Source: an uncultured Pseudomonadales bacterium (GTDB lineage: Bacteria; Patescibacteriota; Microgenomatia; UBA1400; PJMF01). From it: a stretch of 64,000 nt of DNA. The stretch's first letter is position 1. Each line of letters begins with the position of its first letter. The stretch is taken from positions 1,971 to 65,970 of the forward strand of contig CAZWKL010000004.1 of NCBI GenBank assembly GCA_964633875.1, in the 5' to 3' direction. Both the position numbers and the translations under genes were made by a program. This document shows, in pieces, positions 29,269 to 37,231 of this stretch. The notes under the pieces are model-generated. The model was not told where the DNA came from. It saw only the letters and a list, made by a program, of their open reading frames with translations, and did no database searches.

Positions 29269-29402
29269 CAAATAGCACGCAGTGTTCCAGAGACGCTTGG
29301 CACCTTCACCAAGCTGCACTGAACTGCTTCCGCATTCCTGCTAGTGATTTTAGTAGAGAAAGTCAGCAGTTCAGAGCCTCTTTTAACACTGCGTGCTATT
29401 TG
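29269..29402. repeat. 134-bp palindromic element: perfect 18-bp terminal inverted repeats enclosing two internal hairpins
   Basis: CAAATAGCACGCAGTGTT and AACACTGCGTGCTATTTG flank 98 bp. Inner stems are GCTTGG/CCAAGC and GCACTGAACTGCT/AGCAGTTCAGAGC. No U-tract follows. Sits in a 313-bp convergent intergenic gap. Confidence 0.5.
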
Positions 29403-29579
29403 CATAATCGCAGCCGGCAACACCGGCTTGCTTGAGCCGCCTCCACAGAATTGCTCTTAGTTCTAGCAGTGCTGTCGGCGTCTCAAAGCCTCCTTTTAGA
29501 ATGAGTGGGCTTTTCATGTTTGGTGGCAGCACTAAGCTTCCTAAATAATTAGTAACCGATTTTTATGAGTAGAGCCTTT

Positions 29580-30161
29580 TCACTGAGCAATCGCAAAATA
29601 ATTGAGCTTCACACCGGGACCGGTTTGCCGGTAAGAGTAATAATCGGGGTGTTCAAGAGTGCAGATTTCTTCTATTTTCAACGAAACAGATTCCGACGGA
29701 AAGACTTTTGCCAATTGCTGAAGATTTTCTTGGATCATGTCATAGTGAAGGTCTGTTTGCCTGTCTATCTGGTAGCAACTTTTGCAAATAGCCGGCCCAA
29801 ACCAAACTTTCAAGCCTGAACGCACTGCAAACTTTTCTCGAACCAGCCGCAGCGCCTTGTAAAAAACTCTTTTTTTAGTCCCTTTTCTGCCGGCATGGAT
29901 AGCGCCGATCAGTCCGCTCTCATGATGAAGCAAGATCGGTAAACAATCGGCAGTTCTAATCAGCAAACCAACCCCAGGCTGATTACTCAGAACCCCATCA
30001 ACTTGCGGAATTTTTTGGCTGGGAATCTGGCCAAGGTCAGTAATAACCGCCACCGAACTACCATGCACCTGCTCCAGCTCAACCATTTGCAGATTTTTCC
30101 AGGGTTTTTGAGATATTAACTCGTCGAGGGAAGATTGGGCATTAGTGAAGGCAATTTTCAT
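29580..30161 (-). CDS. pgeF: Purine-nucleoside phosphorylase / peptidoglycan editing factor, YfiH/PgeF (DUF152) family
   Basis: GVGLLIRTADCLPILLHHESGLIGAIHAGRKG motif. The track ORF start (30197, GTG) overlaps a tRNA, so the start is revised to the ATG at 30161. Confidence 0.7.
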   Translation of the reverse strand: MKIAFTNAQSSLDELISQKPWKNLQMVELEQVHGSSVAVITDLGQIPSQKIPQVDGVLSNQPGVGLLIRTADCLPILLHHESGLIGAIHAGRKGTKKRVFYKALRLVREKFAVRSGLKVWFGPAICKSCYQIDRQTDLHYDMIQENLQQLAKVFPSESVSLKIEEICTLEHPDYYSYRQTGPGVKLNYFAIAQ

Positions 30162-30172
30162 GTCGAGTATTG

Positions 30173-30246
30173 TACCAGGGGTGGGATTCGAACCCACGAC
30201 CTTTGGTTTATGAATCCAATGCTCTAACCAACTGAGCTACCCTGGC
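30173..30246 (-). tRNA. tRNA-Met (anticodon CAT), elongator type (could alternatively be a lysidine-modified tRNA-Ile2)
   Basis: Cloverleaf GCCAGGG acceptor stem, D arm GCTC/GAGC, anticodon loop TTCATAA, T arm GGTCG-TGGGTTCGAATCCCA-CGACC. G1-U72 pair. CCA is not encoded. Confidence 0.75.
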
Positions 30247-30404
30247 TTCTAGAGCAATTATTATAGCAAAAATCTTCGGAAGATTGCGATTGAGTTTAGT
30301 TTTTACCCGCAATTGACTAAACCGCGATACATTTTGCACTTTACCAGCTAAGTTGGTATAATGAGCACTCGCTGACAAGATAGTTAACAGAAATAGCGAA
30401 AACG

Positions 30405-30473
30405 CGCGGGATAGTGTACGGTGCACGTGAGGCTCATAATCTCACAGGCTAGGTTCGACTCCTAGTCCCGCAA
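30405..30473 (+). tRNA. tRNA-Met (anticodon CAT), probable initiator tRNA-fMet
   Basis: Acceptor CGCGGGA/TCCCGCA with a C1·A72 mismatch, the bacterial initiator hallmark. Anticodon loop CTCATAA, T arm CTAGG-TTCGACT-CCTAG. Upstream promoter TTGCAC-17-TATAAT. The anticodon stem lacks three consecutive G-C pairs. Confidence 0.65.
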
Positions 30474-30481
30474 CACTTAAA

Positions 30482-30510
30482 AAAGACTCTTGAAAAGGGG
30501 TCTTTTTTTG
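30482..30510 (+). terminator. Intrinsic terminator after the tRNA-fMet
   Basis: Imperfect hairpin AAGACTCTTGAAAAGGGGTCT followed by TTTTTTT. Confidence 0.45.
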
Positions 30511-30618
30511 CGGGAAAAAACTTTCTGCACTTTTATGCAAGATTTCATTGATATTCTGTTGCCGTAGAAATAAATAAATATGTATTTATATATTGCTAAA
30601 TATACATCTAAATGATAC

Positions 30619-30681
30619 TATGATCTCAGTAAAAAAACCTGAATCTCATTTTGAGTGGGAGGAGGGAAAAAGAACTATATG
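30619..30681 (+). pseudogene. Remnant of a BrnT (DUF497) toxin gene
   Basis: A 20-codon ORF (MISVKKPESHFEWEEGKRTI) keeps the DUF497 N-terminal FEWDxxK-like signature, then stops at a TGA overlapping the brnA ATG (ATGA). Confidence 0.3.
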
Positions 30682-30915
30682 AAAGAAAACAAAGCTAAGT
30701 ACACCAAAGGCCCAATAAAACAACAAGGCAAAATAGTGAGGGATTTTCTACCTTCACCAGAGGAATTGGGTTTTAATCAGCAAACCACCAAGATAACTAT
30801 TGCTTTAAGCGACTTTAGCCTCAACTTCTTTAAATCTCAGGCAAAGAAATATAACACTCAATACCAAAAGATGATTAGAGATTTGCTAGATCAGTACGCC
30901 AGCCAGCATAGATAA
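30679..30915 (+). CDS. brnA: BrnA-like antitoxin (CopG/RHH-related, COG3514 family)
   Basis: KITIALSDFSLNFFKSQAKKYNTQYQKMIRDLLDQYAS matches the BrnA C-terminal pattern (KITIRL...YQTLIN..L..Y). Start moved from the track's GTG (30655) to the ATG after the GGAGG RBS. Upstream region is AT-rich. Confidence 0.55.
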   Translation: MKENKAKYTKGPIKQQGKIVRDFLPSPEELGFNQQTTKITIALSDFSLNFFKSQAKKYNTQYQKMIRDLLDQYASQHR

Positions 30916-30944
30916 ATCTTTCAGCCGATCCCCACAACCACTAA

Positions 30945-31307
30945 TCACCGCCACAACAACCTTTTCCACTGCTCCAGAGGAGTTTCAGCTGTTTCCGTCG
31001 CGAAATCCAGCTCTTCTTCCGGCTGCAAATCCGGCAACTGCACCACGTACTCGCCCTCTTTAACGCCCAGTAGCTGGTCCCGAATAATCTTCTCCCTGGC
31101 AAAACCGCTCTGAGCCAGAGCAGCCTGTTCCTCAAGTTGCCTCACCACTTGCCCCGCTGCCTGGATTTCCTCTTCGTTTTGCGCAATAATTTCCGCCGAC
31201 TGTAGCCTTTTTTTGCCGGTATTGTCCAAAGAAATGAAAAAAATGATACTCAGAAGTGTAAAAATAAGTAGTATGATGGGGTTTGAGATCAGTCTTAGCA
31301 TTGTCAA
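30945..31307 (-). CDS. ftsB: Septum formation initiator FtsB/DivIC-like
   Basis: N-terminal TM plus coiled-coil, and REKIIRDQLLGVKEGEYVVQL, the typical FtsB/DivIC C-terminal motif. Confidence 0.6.
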   Translation of the reverse strand: MTMLRLISNPIILLIFTLLSIIFFISLDNTGKKRLQSAEIIAQNEEEIQAAGQVVRQLEEQAALAQSGFAREKIIRDQLLGVKEGEYVVQLPDLQPEEELDFATETAETPLEQWKRLLWR

Positions 31308-31424
31308 AGAAATGGCAATATGGTAATATAAGTAGTGTTATCGGTTAAAATATGACCCTTAAACCTGTCCCTCAACTCGTAATTGTTAATAATTAGTATA
31401 GCACTGAGAGAAGCAGTCAAATTT

Positions 31425-32291
31425 ATGTCAAAAACTTTAGCAGATGCCCAGGCTCTCTATGAAGATCATCTGAGGGGCGAAGGGAAAGCCAATGCCACGG
31501 TTATTGCTTACACTAAGGATATTGAGCAATTAATTGAATTTGTGGGCAAAAAAGGCAAAACTCAGGTTGATGAAGTCAATCAAAATGACATTGAAGAGTT
31601 CAAAGAGAATCTTAAAAAACTCCGCTACACTGGCAAATCTATCTCCAGAAAAATTAACTCAATTAAGTCTTTTTTCCGCTTTCTGATTGCAGAAGGCCAC
31701 ATCGACTCCAATCCCGCCGACGAAATTGCTCATCCCAGATTTGAACAAACTCCCCCACGTGTGCTTTCCAAAGTGGAGTACCGCGCCTTGCGTGACGCCT
31801 GCAGAGGCGATTCTCGCATGGCCGCCATTGTCGAGCTGTTGCTCCAAACCGGCATGAGGATCAGTGAGCTGGCCAATTTACAAATGTCCGACCTCGATTT
31901 CGACCGCAATGTCATTTACATCCGCACCCAAAACTCCCGCGAGGCCCGCAAAGTGCCACTCAATGACGCGGCCAAAAAAGCCCTGATGGATTACCTGGAA
32001 TCCAGGCCAAGAACCAAAGAAAAAATGGTTTTTCTCACCAAAACCTGCCGGCCTTTTTTGGTCAGGAACATTCGCACCGCTATCGACCGCTACTTCAGGT
32101 TGGCAGGCATCAAAGACGCCAAGGTCAACGACCTGAGGCACACTTTCGTGATCGAGCAGCTCAAAGCCGGCACGCCGCTGGTGTATGTTTCCCAGTTGGT
32201 GGGCCACAAGAGAATTACCACCACCGAAAGATATCTCAAGTTGATCGAACAGCCTGAAATGGAACCCAATATTCAAATTGAGGAACTTTAA
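31425..32291 (+). CDS. Tyrosine site-specific recombinase, XerC/XerD-like
   Basis: N-terminal SAM-like core-binding domain and a catalytic domain with R...HxxR...Y (LRHTF, HKRITTTERY). Start set at the ATG at 31425. Lies about 1 kb from two tRNA genes. Confidence 0.8.
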   Translation: MSKTLADAQALYEDHLRGEGKANATVIAYTKDIEQLIEFVGKKGKTQVDEVNQNDIEEFKENLKKLRYTGKSISRKINSIKSFFRFLIAEGHIDSNPADEIAHPRFEQTPPRVLSKVEYRALRDACRGDSRMAAIVELLLQTGMRISELANLQMSDLDFDRNVIYIRTQNSREARKVPLNDAAKKALMDYLESRPRTKEKMVFLTKTCRPFLVRNIRTAIDRYFRLAGIKDAKVNDLRHTFVIEQLKAGTPLVYVSQLVGHKRITTTERYLKLIEQPEMEPNIQIEEL

Positions 32292-32294
32292 GCT

Positions 32295-32384
32295 ATGTTT
32301 TCACCGATGATCAACCAAATTATCACCCAACTGGCTTGGTGGCGAGACTCTCTCAGCTTCGTGAGGGCAAGTTGGTGGCGCTAA
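32295..32384 (+). CDS. Putative trpS leader peptide with two Trp-Trp pairs
   Basis: ATG 3 nt after the xerC stop with GAGGAA 10 nt upstream. Encodes MFSPMINQIITQLAWWRDSLSFVRASWWR (4 Trp in 29 aa). Its TAA lies 23 nt before an intrinsic terminator and 92 nt before trpS. Confidence 0.5.
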   Translation: MFSPMINQIITQLAWWRDSLSFVRASWWR

Positions 32385-32430
32385 ATTTCATTTAGTTTCA
32401 TAGCCAAAGCTCCCTCACGGGAGCTTTTTT
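32355..32430 (+). promoter_or_regulatory. Transcription attenuator: antiterminator (AGCTTCGTGAGGG) versus terminator (AGCTCCC-TCAC-GGGAGCT-T6)
   Basis: Segment 32355-32367 is complementary to 32412-32425 (CCCTCACG, then a bulge, then AGCT), which comprises the terminator loop and 3' arm. The two structures are mutually exclusive. Confidence 0.55.
32407..32430 (+). terminator. Intrinsic terminator upstream of trpS
   Basis: AAGCTCCC-TCAC-GGGAGCTT followed by TTTTT. Confidence 0.7.
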
Positions 32431-32475
32431 ACGGTCCATTTTACGATACAATAGCAAAATAATAAGGAAAAATTT

Positions 32476-33459
32476 ATGAAAAAACGAGTCTTATCCGGCA
32501 TTAGATCCACAGGCAAACTGCACTTAGGTAATTACTTGGGTGCAGTTAAAGGCATGATTGATCTGCAAAACAACCCGGATTACGAAACTATCTACATGGT
32601 GGCTGATGTGCACACCCTCACCACGCCATATGATATCGAGGCCCTCAGGCAGAACCGCCGCGAGATTATTGTAGATTACTTGGCGGCCGGTTTGGATCCG
32701 GAGAAAAGCATTTTATTTCAGCAGGCTAACGTGAGTGAGCATCTGGAGTTGGCTTTCTACTTTGCCTCGGTAACGACAGTGGCCAAGATGCAACACCTGC
32801 CGACTTTTAAGGACAAGGTGAAACAACACCCTGATCATGCCACCTTGGCTTTGCTCAATTATCCGATGTTGATGGCGGCCGATATTCTGATTTACAAAGC
32901 CTCTTTGGTGCCGGTGGGCCTTGATCAGGAGCCGCACTTGGAGGCCACCAGGCAAGTAGCGCGCAAGTTCAACCAGGTTTATGGCACCGATTTTCCCGAA
33001 CCGCAGCGTTTTACCACTCCAGGTGAGTACGTGCCCTCACTTACCGGCGAAGGCAAAATGAGTAAATCGGTGCCGGGTAGTTACATCAATCTGGTTGATG
33101 ACTTGGCAACGATCCAGAAAAGAATTGCCGCCGTGCCGACCGATTCAGGCCAAGGTGATCTTATTCCTCAGAGCGGTGGGGTAGCTGGTTTGCTGACTTT
33201 GGTGGAGTTGATTGAGGGCCAGGAACAGCGCCGTCAATATGAAGAGCAGTACCTTGGCGCGGGTTTGCGCTATGGTGAGCTGAAAAAGCAGTTGGCTCAG
33301 GCCATTTATGATGAGCTGGCTTCATTTAGGGAAAAGCGGGCCGAGATGATGGCCAATCCCGATTATGTAGATGCAGTGATCGTTGAAGGCGCCAAAAAAG
33401 CTCAGGCTATTGCTGGAGCTACTTTGGCAGAAGTTAAAGAAAAAATTGGCCTAGTTTAA
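32476..33459 (+). CDS. trpS: Tryptophan--tRNA ligase
   Basis: Class I HIGH-like (TGKLHLGNYLG) and KMSKS motifs. 327 aa. Confidence 0.9.
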   Translation: MKKRVLSGIRSTGKLHLGNYLGAVKGMIDLQNNPDYETIYMVADVHTLTTPYDIEALRQNRREIIVDYLAAGLDPEKSILFQQANVSEHLELAFYFASVTTVAKMQHLPTFKDKVKQHPDHATLALLNYPMLMAADILIYKASLVPVGLDQEPHLEATRQVARKFNQVYGTDFPEPQRFTTPGEYVPSLTGEGKMSKSVPGSYINLVDDLATIQKRIAAVPTDSGQGDLIPQSGGVAGLLTLVELIEGQEQRRQYEEQYLGAGLRYGELKKQLAQAIYDELASFREKRAEMMANPDYVDAVIVEGAKKAQAIAGATLAEVKEKIGLV

Positions 33460-33486
33460 CAGCCAAAGCAAAAAAGGGGGATAAGA

Positions 33487-33819
33487 ATGAAACCAAGTAT
33501 TAACTTTGAAGATTTCATGAAGCTGGATATTCGCGCGGCGACAGTGCTTGCCGCTGAAGAAATAGCCGGCGCGGACAAACTTTATCAGCTCACTTTAGAT
33601 GTGGGCGAGTTGGGGGAGCGGACAGTAGCAGCCGGCATTAAAGCCTGGTATAGTGCTGAGGAACTGGTGGGCAAGCAAGTAGTTTACTTGGCCAATCTGG
33701 AGCCGCGCTTGCTTAGAGGAGTGGAAAGCCAGGGCATGATTTTGGCGGCGGACAATGAAGAGTCAGCTGTTCTCCTCACTCCGGAAACCGCGGTTGTTAG
33801 TGGAGCGCTGGTCAGATAA
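33487..33819 (+). CDS. csaA: tRNA-binding protein (CsaA/Trbp111/Myf-domain OB-fold)
   Basis: FMKLDIRAATVLAAEEI...KLYQLTLDVGE...SQGMILAA matches the EMAP/CsaA tRNA-binding domain. Confidence 0.7.
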   Translation: MKPSINFEDFMKLDIRAATVLAAEEIAGADKLYQLTLDVGELGERTVAAGIKAWYSAEELVGKQVVYLANLEPRLLRGVESQGMILAADNEESAVLLTPETAVVSGALVR

Positions 33820-33834
33820 TATTAAGTTTCTGTG

Positions 33835-33861
33835 TTAGCAAATCAAAGATTACTCTGCTAA
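33835..33861 (+). promoter_or_regulatory. CIRCE-like inverted repeat upstream of ftsH
   Basis: TTAGCA-AATCAAAGATTACTC-TGCTAA is a 27-nt element with the conserved TTAGCA/TGCTAA ends of CIRCE; the inner triplets diverge. Confidence 0.35.
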
Positions 33862-33920
33862 ATAATGCTAGCTTAAGAGAGGGTTGCGTGCTAGAATAAG
33901 TTCGTCTTTAAGGCAAGAAT

Positions 33921-36900
33921 ATGGAAAAAAACACTCAAAAACCGACCGAACAAGCTCATAAATCCAACCAGAAAATTGTTCCTTCCATGTCTAAAAATCC
34001 CGTTAAAAAAACTGGTGCTAATGGTACTAATGGTGCTAAGAAAAACGACCAGCTGCTGCCAAAAATTGAGATGCCCATGAATGTGAACAATATTTACAAC
34101 AAGGGTCTTTTATATTTTATCCTGGGCACCATAGCGATGATTTTCTTTTTCTCGCTTTTTTCCTCTGAGCCGGCGCAAGAAATTTCTATCAGCGAGCTGG
34201 TCCAGGATATTCGGAACGAGCAGGTTGAAAAGATTGTTGTTTCCGGCGATGAGTTGCGCGCCACTTACTCGGACGAGAGTTTGCGCACTGTGCAGAAGGA
34301 ATCAGGCCAGAGCGCCGTGGAAATTTTTGAAGCGGCCAATCTTGATCTGGCCGAGGTTGAGCTTGAGGTGGAAGCTTTTTCGTTTGGCTCGATGATTTGG
34401 GAATTGGTGATCAGTTTGTTGCCGATTCTGTTGATGATCGGCTTTTTCTTTATTATTTTCCGTCAGGCTAAGGGCGGCCAGGCCGGCATTATGGGTATTG
34501 GCAAAAGCAAGGCGAAGCTGTTTGTTAAAGGCAAGCAGAACACTAGTTTTAATGATGTGGGTGGAATGGATGAGGCTAAAAAAGAGTTGGAAGAGGTAGT
34601 CGACTTTTTGAAAAATCCCAAAAAGTATGCCAAAGTTGGCGCCCGCACACCCAAAGGCGTGCTTTTAGTGGGCCCAGCCGGCACAGGCAAATGTGTCACA
34701 GGAGATACTATTGTTTGGACCAACAAAGGCTTGATGGAGATTAGGGAAATTCCCCGCTATTACTACGTTGATCCGCAATCGCATCAAGTTGCGGGAGCCG
34801 GATTGACTAGTTTTAACCTTGAAGACACTGTTGCCACCGATCAGCTTGCCTCACATTGGTACGATTTGGGTGAGCAGGAAACCATTAAGGTACAACTTAA
34901 ACAGGGTCTTTCTCTTGAGGGCACGCCAGAGCATCCGGTGGTGGTGATGACAAGTGAAGGTAAATTGAAATTTCGCCAACTCAAAGATCTGCAATTGGGT
35001 GATCAATTAGCAATTCAGTATGGCAGCCAGGCTTTTGGCAATCTTGATTTGGTAGATGAAGATACAGCGTACTTGATGGGGTTGCTAACGGGAGACGGCA
35101 ATATGAGCCACTCAAGTCGGGTTGGTTTGACCAACATCGACGATGAGATCATCACCTTTTTTAAACGGTTCGTTCTCGAAAGGTTTGGCGAAGCCAAGTT
35201 AACCAAGAACAATCAATCTTACCTAGTTTCTAATTGGGATTTTAAGCGCTATCTCTACCAGATGGGCATGTCCTACTTGCTCTCTTTTGACAAAGCAGTT
35301 CCTCCGACTATTCTCCAGGCTAAGAAAGCAGTGCAGGTCAAATTTTTACAGGGGTTATTTGATGCTGATGGGTCTATTGGCAAAACTCGGGCTGAGTTTG
35401 AGTACACTACCGTTAGCGAACGGATGGCACGACAGGTGCAGATGATGCTTTTGAATCTTGGGGTAGTGGCGAGTCTGAATGAGAAAGGCAGGGTTGCCAA
35501 CGGTTACAAGCGCCCTGTGTACAGAATTACTCTCACCGGGGATAGGTTGAAGGTCTTTGGCCAGCAGGTAGGTTTCATGCTCACCAGAAAACAACAGTTG
35601 CTCGAAGCTCATCTTGATAAGAAATTGAGCAGCAATACCAACATCGATATCATTCCTGGTATTTCACAGCTAATGGTGGAGGCCTGGACGAGCCTATCTG
35701 AGCAGCAACTCAGCCATGAAAAACTATCAAAGACAATTGATAAAGTTAGAAGAAGGTTGCGCGTTTCTAGAAACACCTTGACAGAGTTTGTGCGCTATTG
35801 TTCGGCGCTGGCTATCGAAGTGCCTCACCTCGAGTATCTGCGCAGTTTGCTTGAAGCCAACTTATTCTTTTCTCCAGTGGTGCAGATTCAGCCAGCCTAC
35901 AACCGCGTGTATGATTTTACTGTACCCAAGACCCACAGCTTTTTAGGTAATGGACTGATTAACCATAATACTCTGTTGGCCCGCGCAGTTGCCGGGGAAG
36001 CCAACGTTCAGTTTCTTTCGATTGCCGGCAGTGAGTTTATGGAGATGTTGGTGGGTGTGGGGGCTTCTCGGGTGCGGGATCTTTTCACTACGGCTAAAAA
36101 ATTGGCGCCCTCGATTATTTTCATTGATGAAATTGATGCGATTGGCCAAACCAGAGGTAAGGGGAGTTTTGGCGGCCATGACGAGCGCGAGCAGACTCTC
36201 AACCAAATCTTGGTAGAAATGGATGGCTTTGATCAAAACGACAACGTTATTGTCATGGCCGCCACCAACCGCGGCGACATGCTCGACGCTGCCCTGATTC
36301 GCCCAGGCCGCTTCGACCGGCGGGTGATGGTGCGCTTGCCCGATCTGGAAGAGCGCAAGTACATTATTTCCATCCACGCCAAAGGCAAGCCTTTTGCCAA
36401 AGAAGTGAAGTGGGAGAGAGTGGCCAAAAGAACGGTCGGTTTTTCAGGCGCCGATATCGAAAACATGCTCAACGAAGCCGCCATTGCGGTTGCTCGCGAA
36501 TCCAGAAAAGAGATTACCATGGAGGACATCGAAGAAGCGGCGCTCAAGGTTAAGTTAGGACCGAGTAAGAAACAACTTTCCAGCAAACTGGAGCGAACCA
36601 TGACGGCTTATCACGAAGCCGGCCACGCTATCGTTGCTCATGCTTCAGCCCATGCCGACGCAGTCACCCGGATTTCTATCGTTTCCCGCGGTCATGCCCT
36701 GGGTTTTACCGTCAGCTCTCCCGAGAGAGACAAGTTCCAAACCACTAAGTCGGAGTTACTTGATCGTATTACCGTTCTGCTTGGTGGCCGGGCGGCGGAG
36801 CAGATGATCTTCAATGAACAAACCGCCGGCGCAGGCAACGACATTGAAAGAGCCACCAGAATTGCCAGAGCCATGGTGGTGGAATACGGCATGAGTGAGT

Positions 36901-37220
36901 TGGGAGCCATGAACTATGCCCCGCTCTATGACAACGCCGATTATGGCAGATCCTGGAACGAACCACTGAGGATTTCTGACCGCTTGCAGGAGAAGGTTGA
37001 TGAGCAGGTTAATAAAATTATTCAAGAGGGTGAAAAACGGGCTGCTGAGCTCCTTAAAACTCATAAGAAAAAGCTGGATAAAGTTTCCAATCGATTGCTG
37101 GAAATAGAAACCCTTGATGGCGATGAGTTTGCCAGACTGATGGGTTTCAAAAAAATCAAAATTGATGACGCTTACGACTTAGCTGAAAACGGTACCAATG
37201 AAAGCGAAGACGAAGCTTAA
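33921..37220 (+). CDS. ftsH: ATP-dependent zinc metalloprotease FtsH, interrupted in-frame by an intein in the Walker A motif
   Basis: N-terminal TM pair, AAA module split as GPAGTGK | intein | [20 protein letters not shown] zinc site and a C-terminal helical region are present. 1099 aa total (673 aa without the intein). Confidence 0.85.
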   Translation: MEKNTQKPTEQAHKSNQKIVPSMSKNPVKKTGANGTNGAKKNDQLLPKIEMPMNVNNIYNKGLLYFILGTIAMIFFFSLFSSEPAQEISISELVQDIRNEQVEKIVVSGDELRATYSDESLRTVQKESGQSAVEIFEAANLDLAEVELEVEAFSFGSMIWELVISLLPILLMIGFFFIIFRQAKGGQAGIMGIGKSKAKLFVKGKQNTSFNDVGGMDEAKKELEEVVDFLKNPKKYAKVGARTPKGVLLVGPAGTGKCVTGDTIVWTNKGLMEIREIPRYYYVDPQSHQVAGAGLTSFNLEDTVATDQLASHWYDLGEQETIKVQLKQGLSLEGTPEHPVVVMTSEGKLKFRQLKDLQLGDQLAIQYGSQAFGNLDLVDEDTAYLMGLLTGDGNMSHSSRVGLTNIDDEIITFFKRFVLERFGEAKLTKNNQSYLVSNWDFKRYLYQMGMSYLLSFDKAVPPTILQAKKAVQVKFLQGLFDADGSIGKTRAEFEYTTVSERMARQVQMMLLNLGVVASLNEKGRVANGYKRPVYRITLTGDRLKVFGQQVGFMLTRKQQLLEAHLDKKLSSNTNIDIIPGISQLMVEAWTSLSEQQLSHEKLSKTIDKVRRRLRVSRNTLTEFVRYCSALAIEVPHLEYLRSLLEANLFFSPVVQIQPAYNRVYDFTVPKTHSFLGNGLINHNTLLARAVAGEANVQFLSIAGSEFMEMLVGVGASRVRDLFTTAKKLAPSIIFIDEIDAIGQTRGKGSFGGHDEREQTLNQILVEMDGFDQNDNVIVMAATNRGDMLDAALIRPGRFDRRVMVRLPDLEERKYIISIHAKGKPFAKEVKWERVAKRTVGFSGADIENMLNEAAIAVARESRKEITMEDIEEAALKVKLGPSKKQLSSKLERTMTAYHEAGHAIVAHASAHADAVTRISIVSRGHALGFTVSSPERDKFQTTKSELLDRITVLLGGRAAEQMIFNEQTAGAGNDIERATRIARAMVVEYGMSELGAMNYAPLYDNADYGRSWNEPLRISDRLQEKVDEQVNKIIQEGEKRAAELLKTHKKKLDKVSNRLLEIETLDGDEFARLMGFKKIKIDDAYDLAENGTNESEDEA
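34692..35969 (+). mobile_element. Intein (426 aa) with a LAGLIDADG homing endonuclease domain, inserted after the FtsH P-loop Lys
   Basis: Block [10 protein letters not shown] and block B TPEHPV. Two LAGLIDADG motifs ([20 protein letters not shown]). C-terminal VYDFTV...LINHN with +1 Thr. Precise excision would restore [15 protein letters not shown]. Confidence 0.8.
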
Positions 37221-37231
37221 ATACAACTAGG

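Noticed and set aside
29267-29579. tmRNA, RNase P RNA or SRP RNA in the long groEL-pgeF gap
   Set aside because: There is no tRNA-like acceptor/T-arm pairing at the ends and no conserved P4/GGAA-type motifs. It is described instead as a palindromic element of unknown nature.
30208-30426. 72-codon minus-strand ORF starting with GTG
   Set aside because: It entirely overlaps the two tRNA genes and their promoter, so it is spurious.
30655-30678. GTG-initiated N-terminal extension (MGGGKKNY) of the BrnA-like ORF
   Set aside because: The GGAGG run there is better read as the Shine-Dalgarno sequence for the ATG at 30679. By my count the printed text is one nucleotide too long between 30655 and 30841 relative to the ORF track, so the track frame was trusted.
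32335-32430. T-box riboswitch upstream of trpS
   Set aside because: There is no T-box consensus (AGGGUGGNACCGCG), no stem I or specifier architecture, and the leader is under 190 nt. The terminator/antiterminator pair is better explained by the Trp-codon leader peptide.
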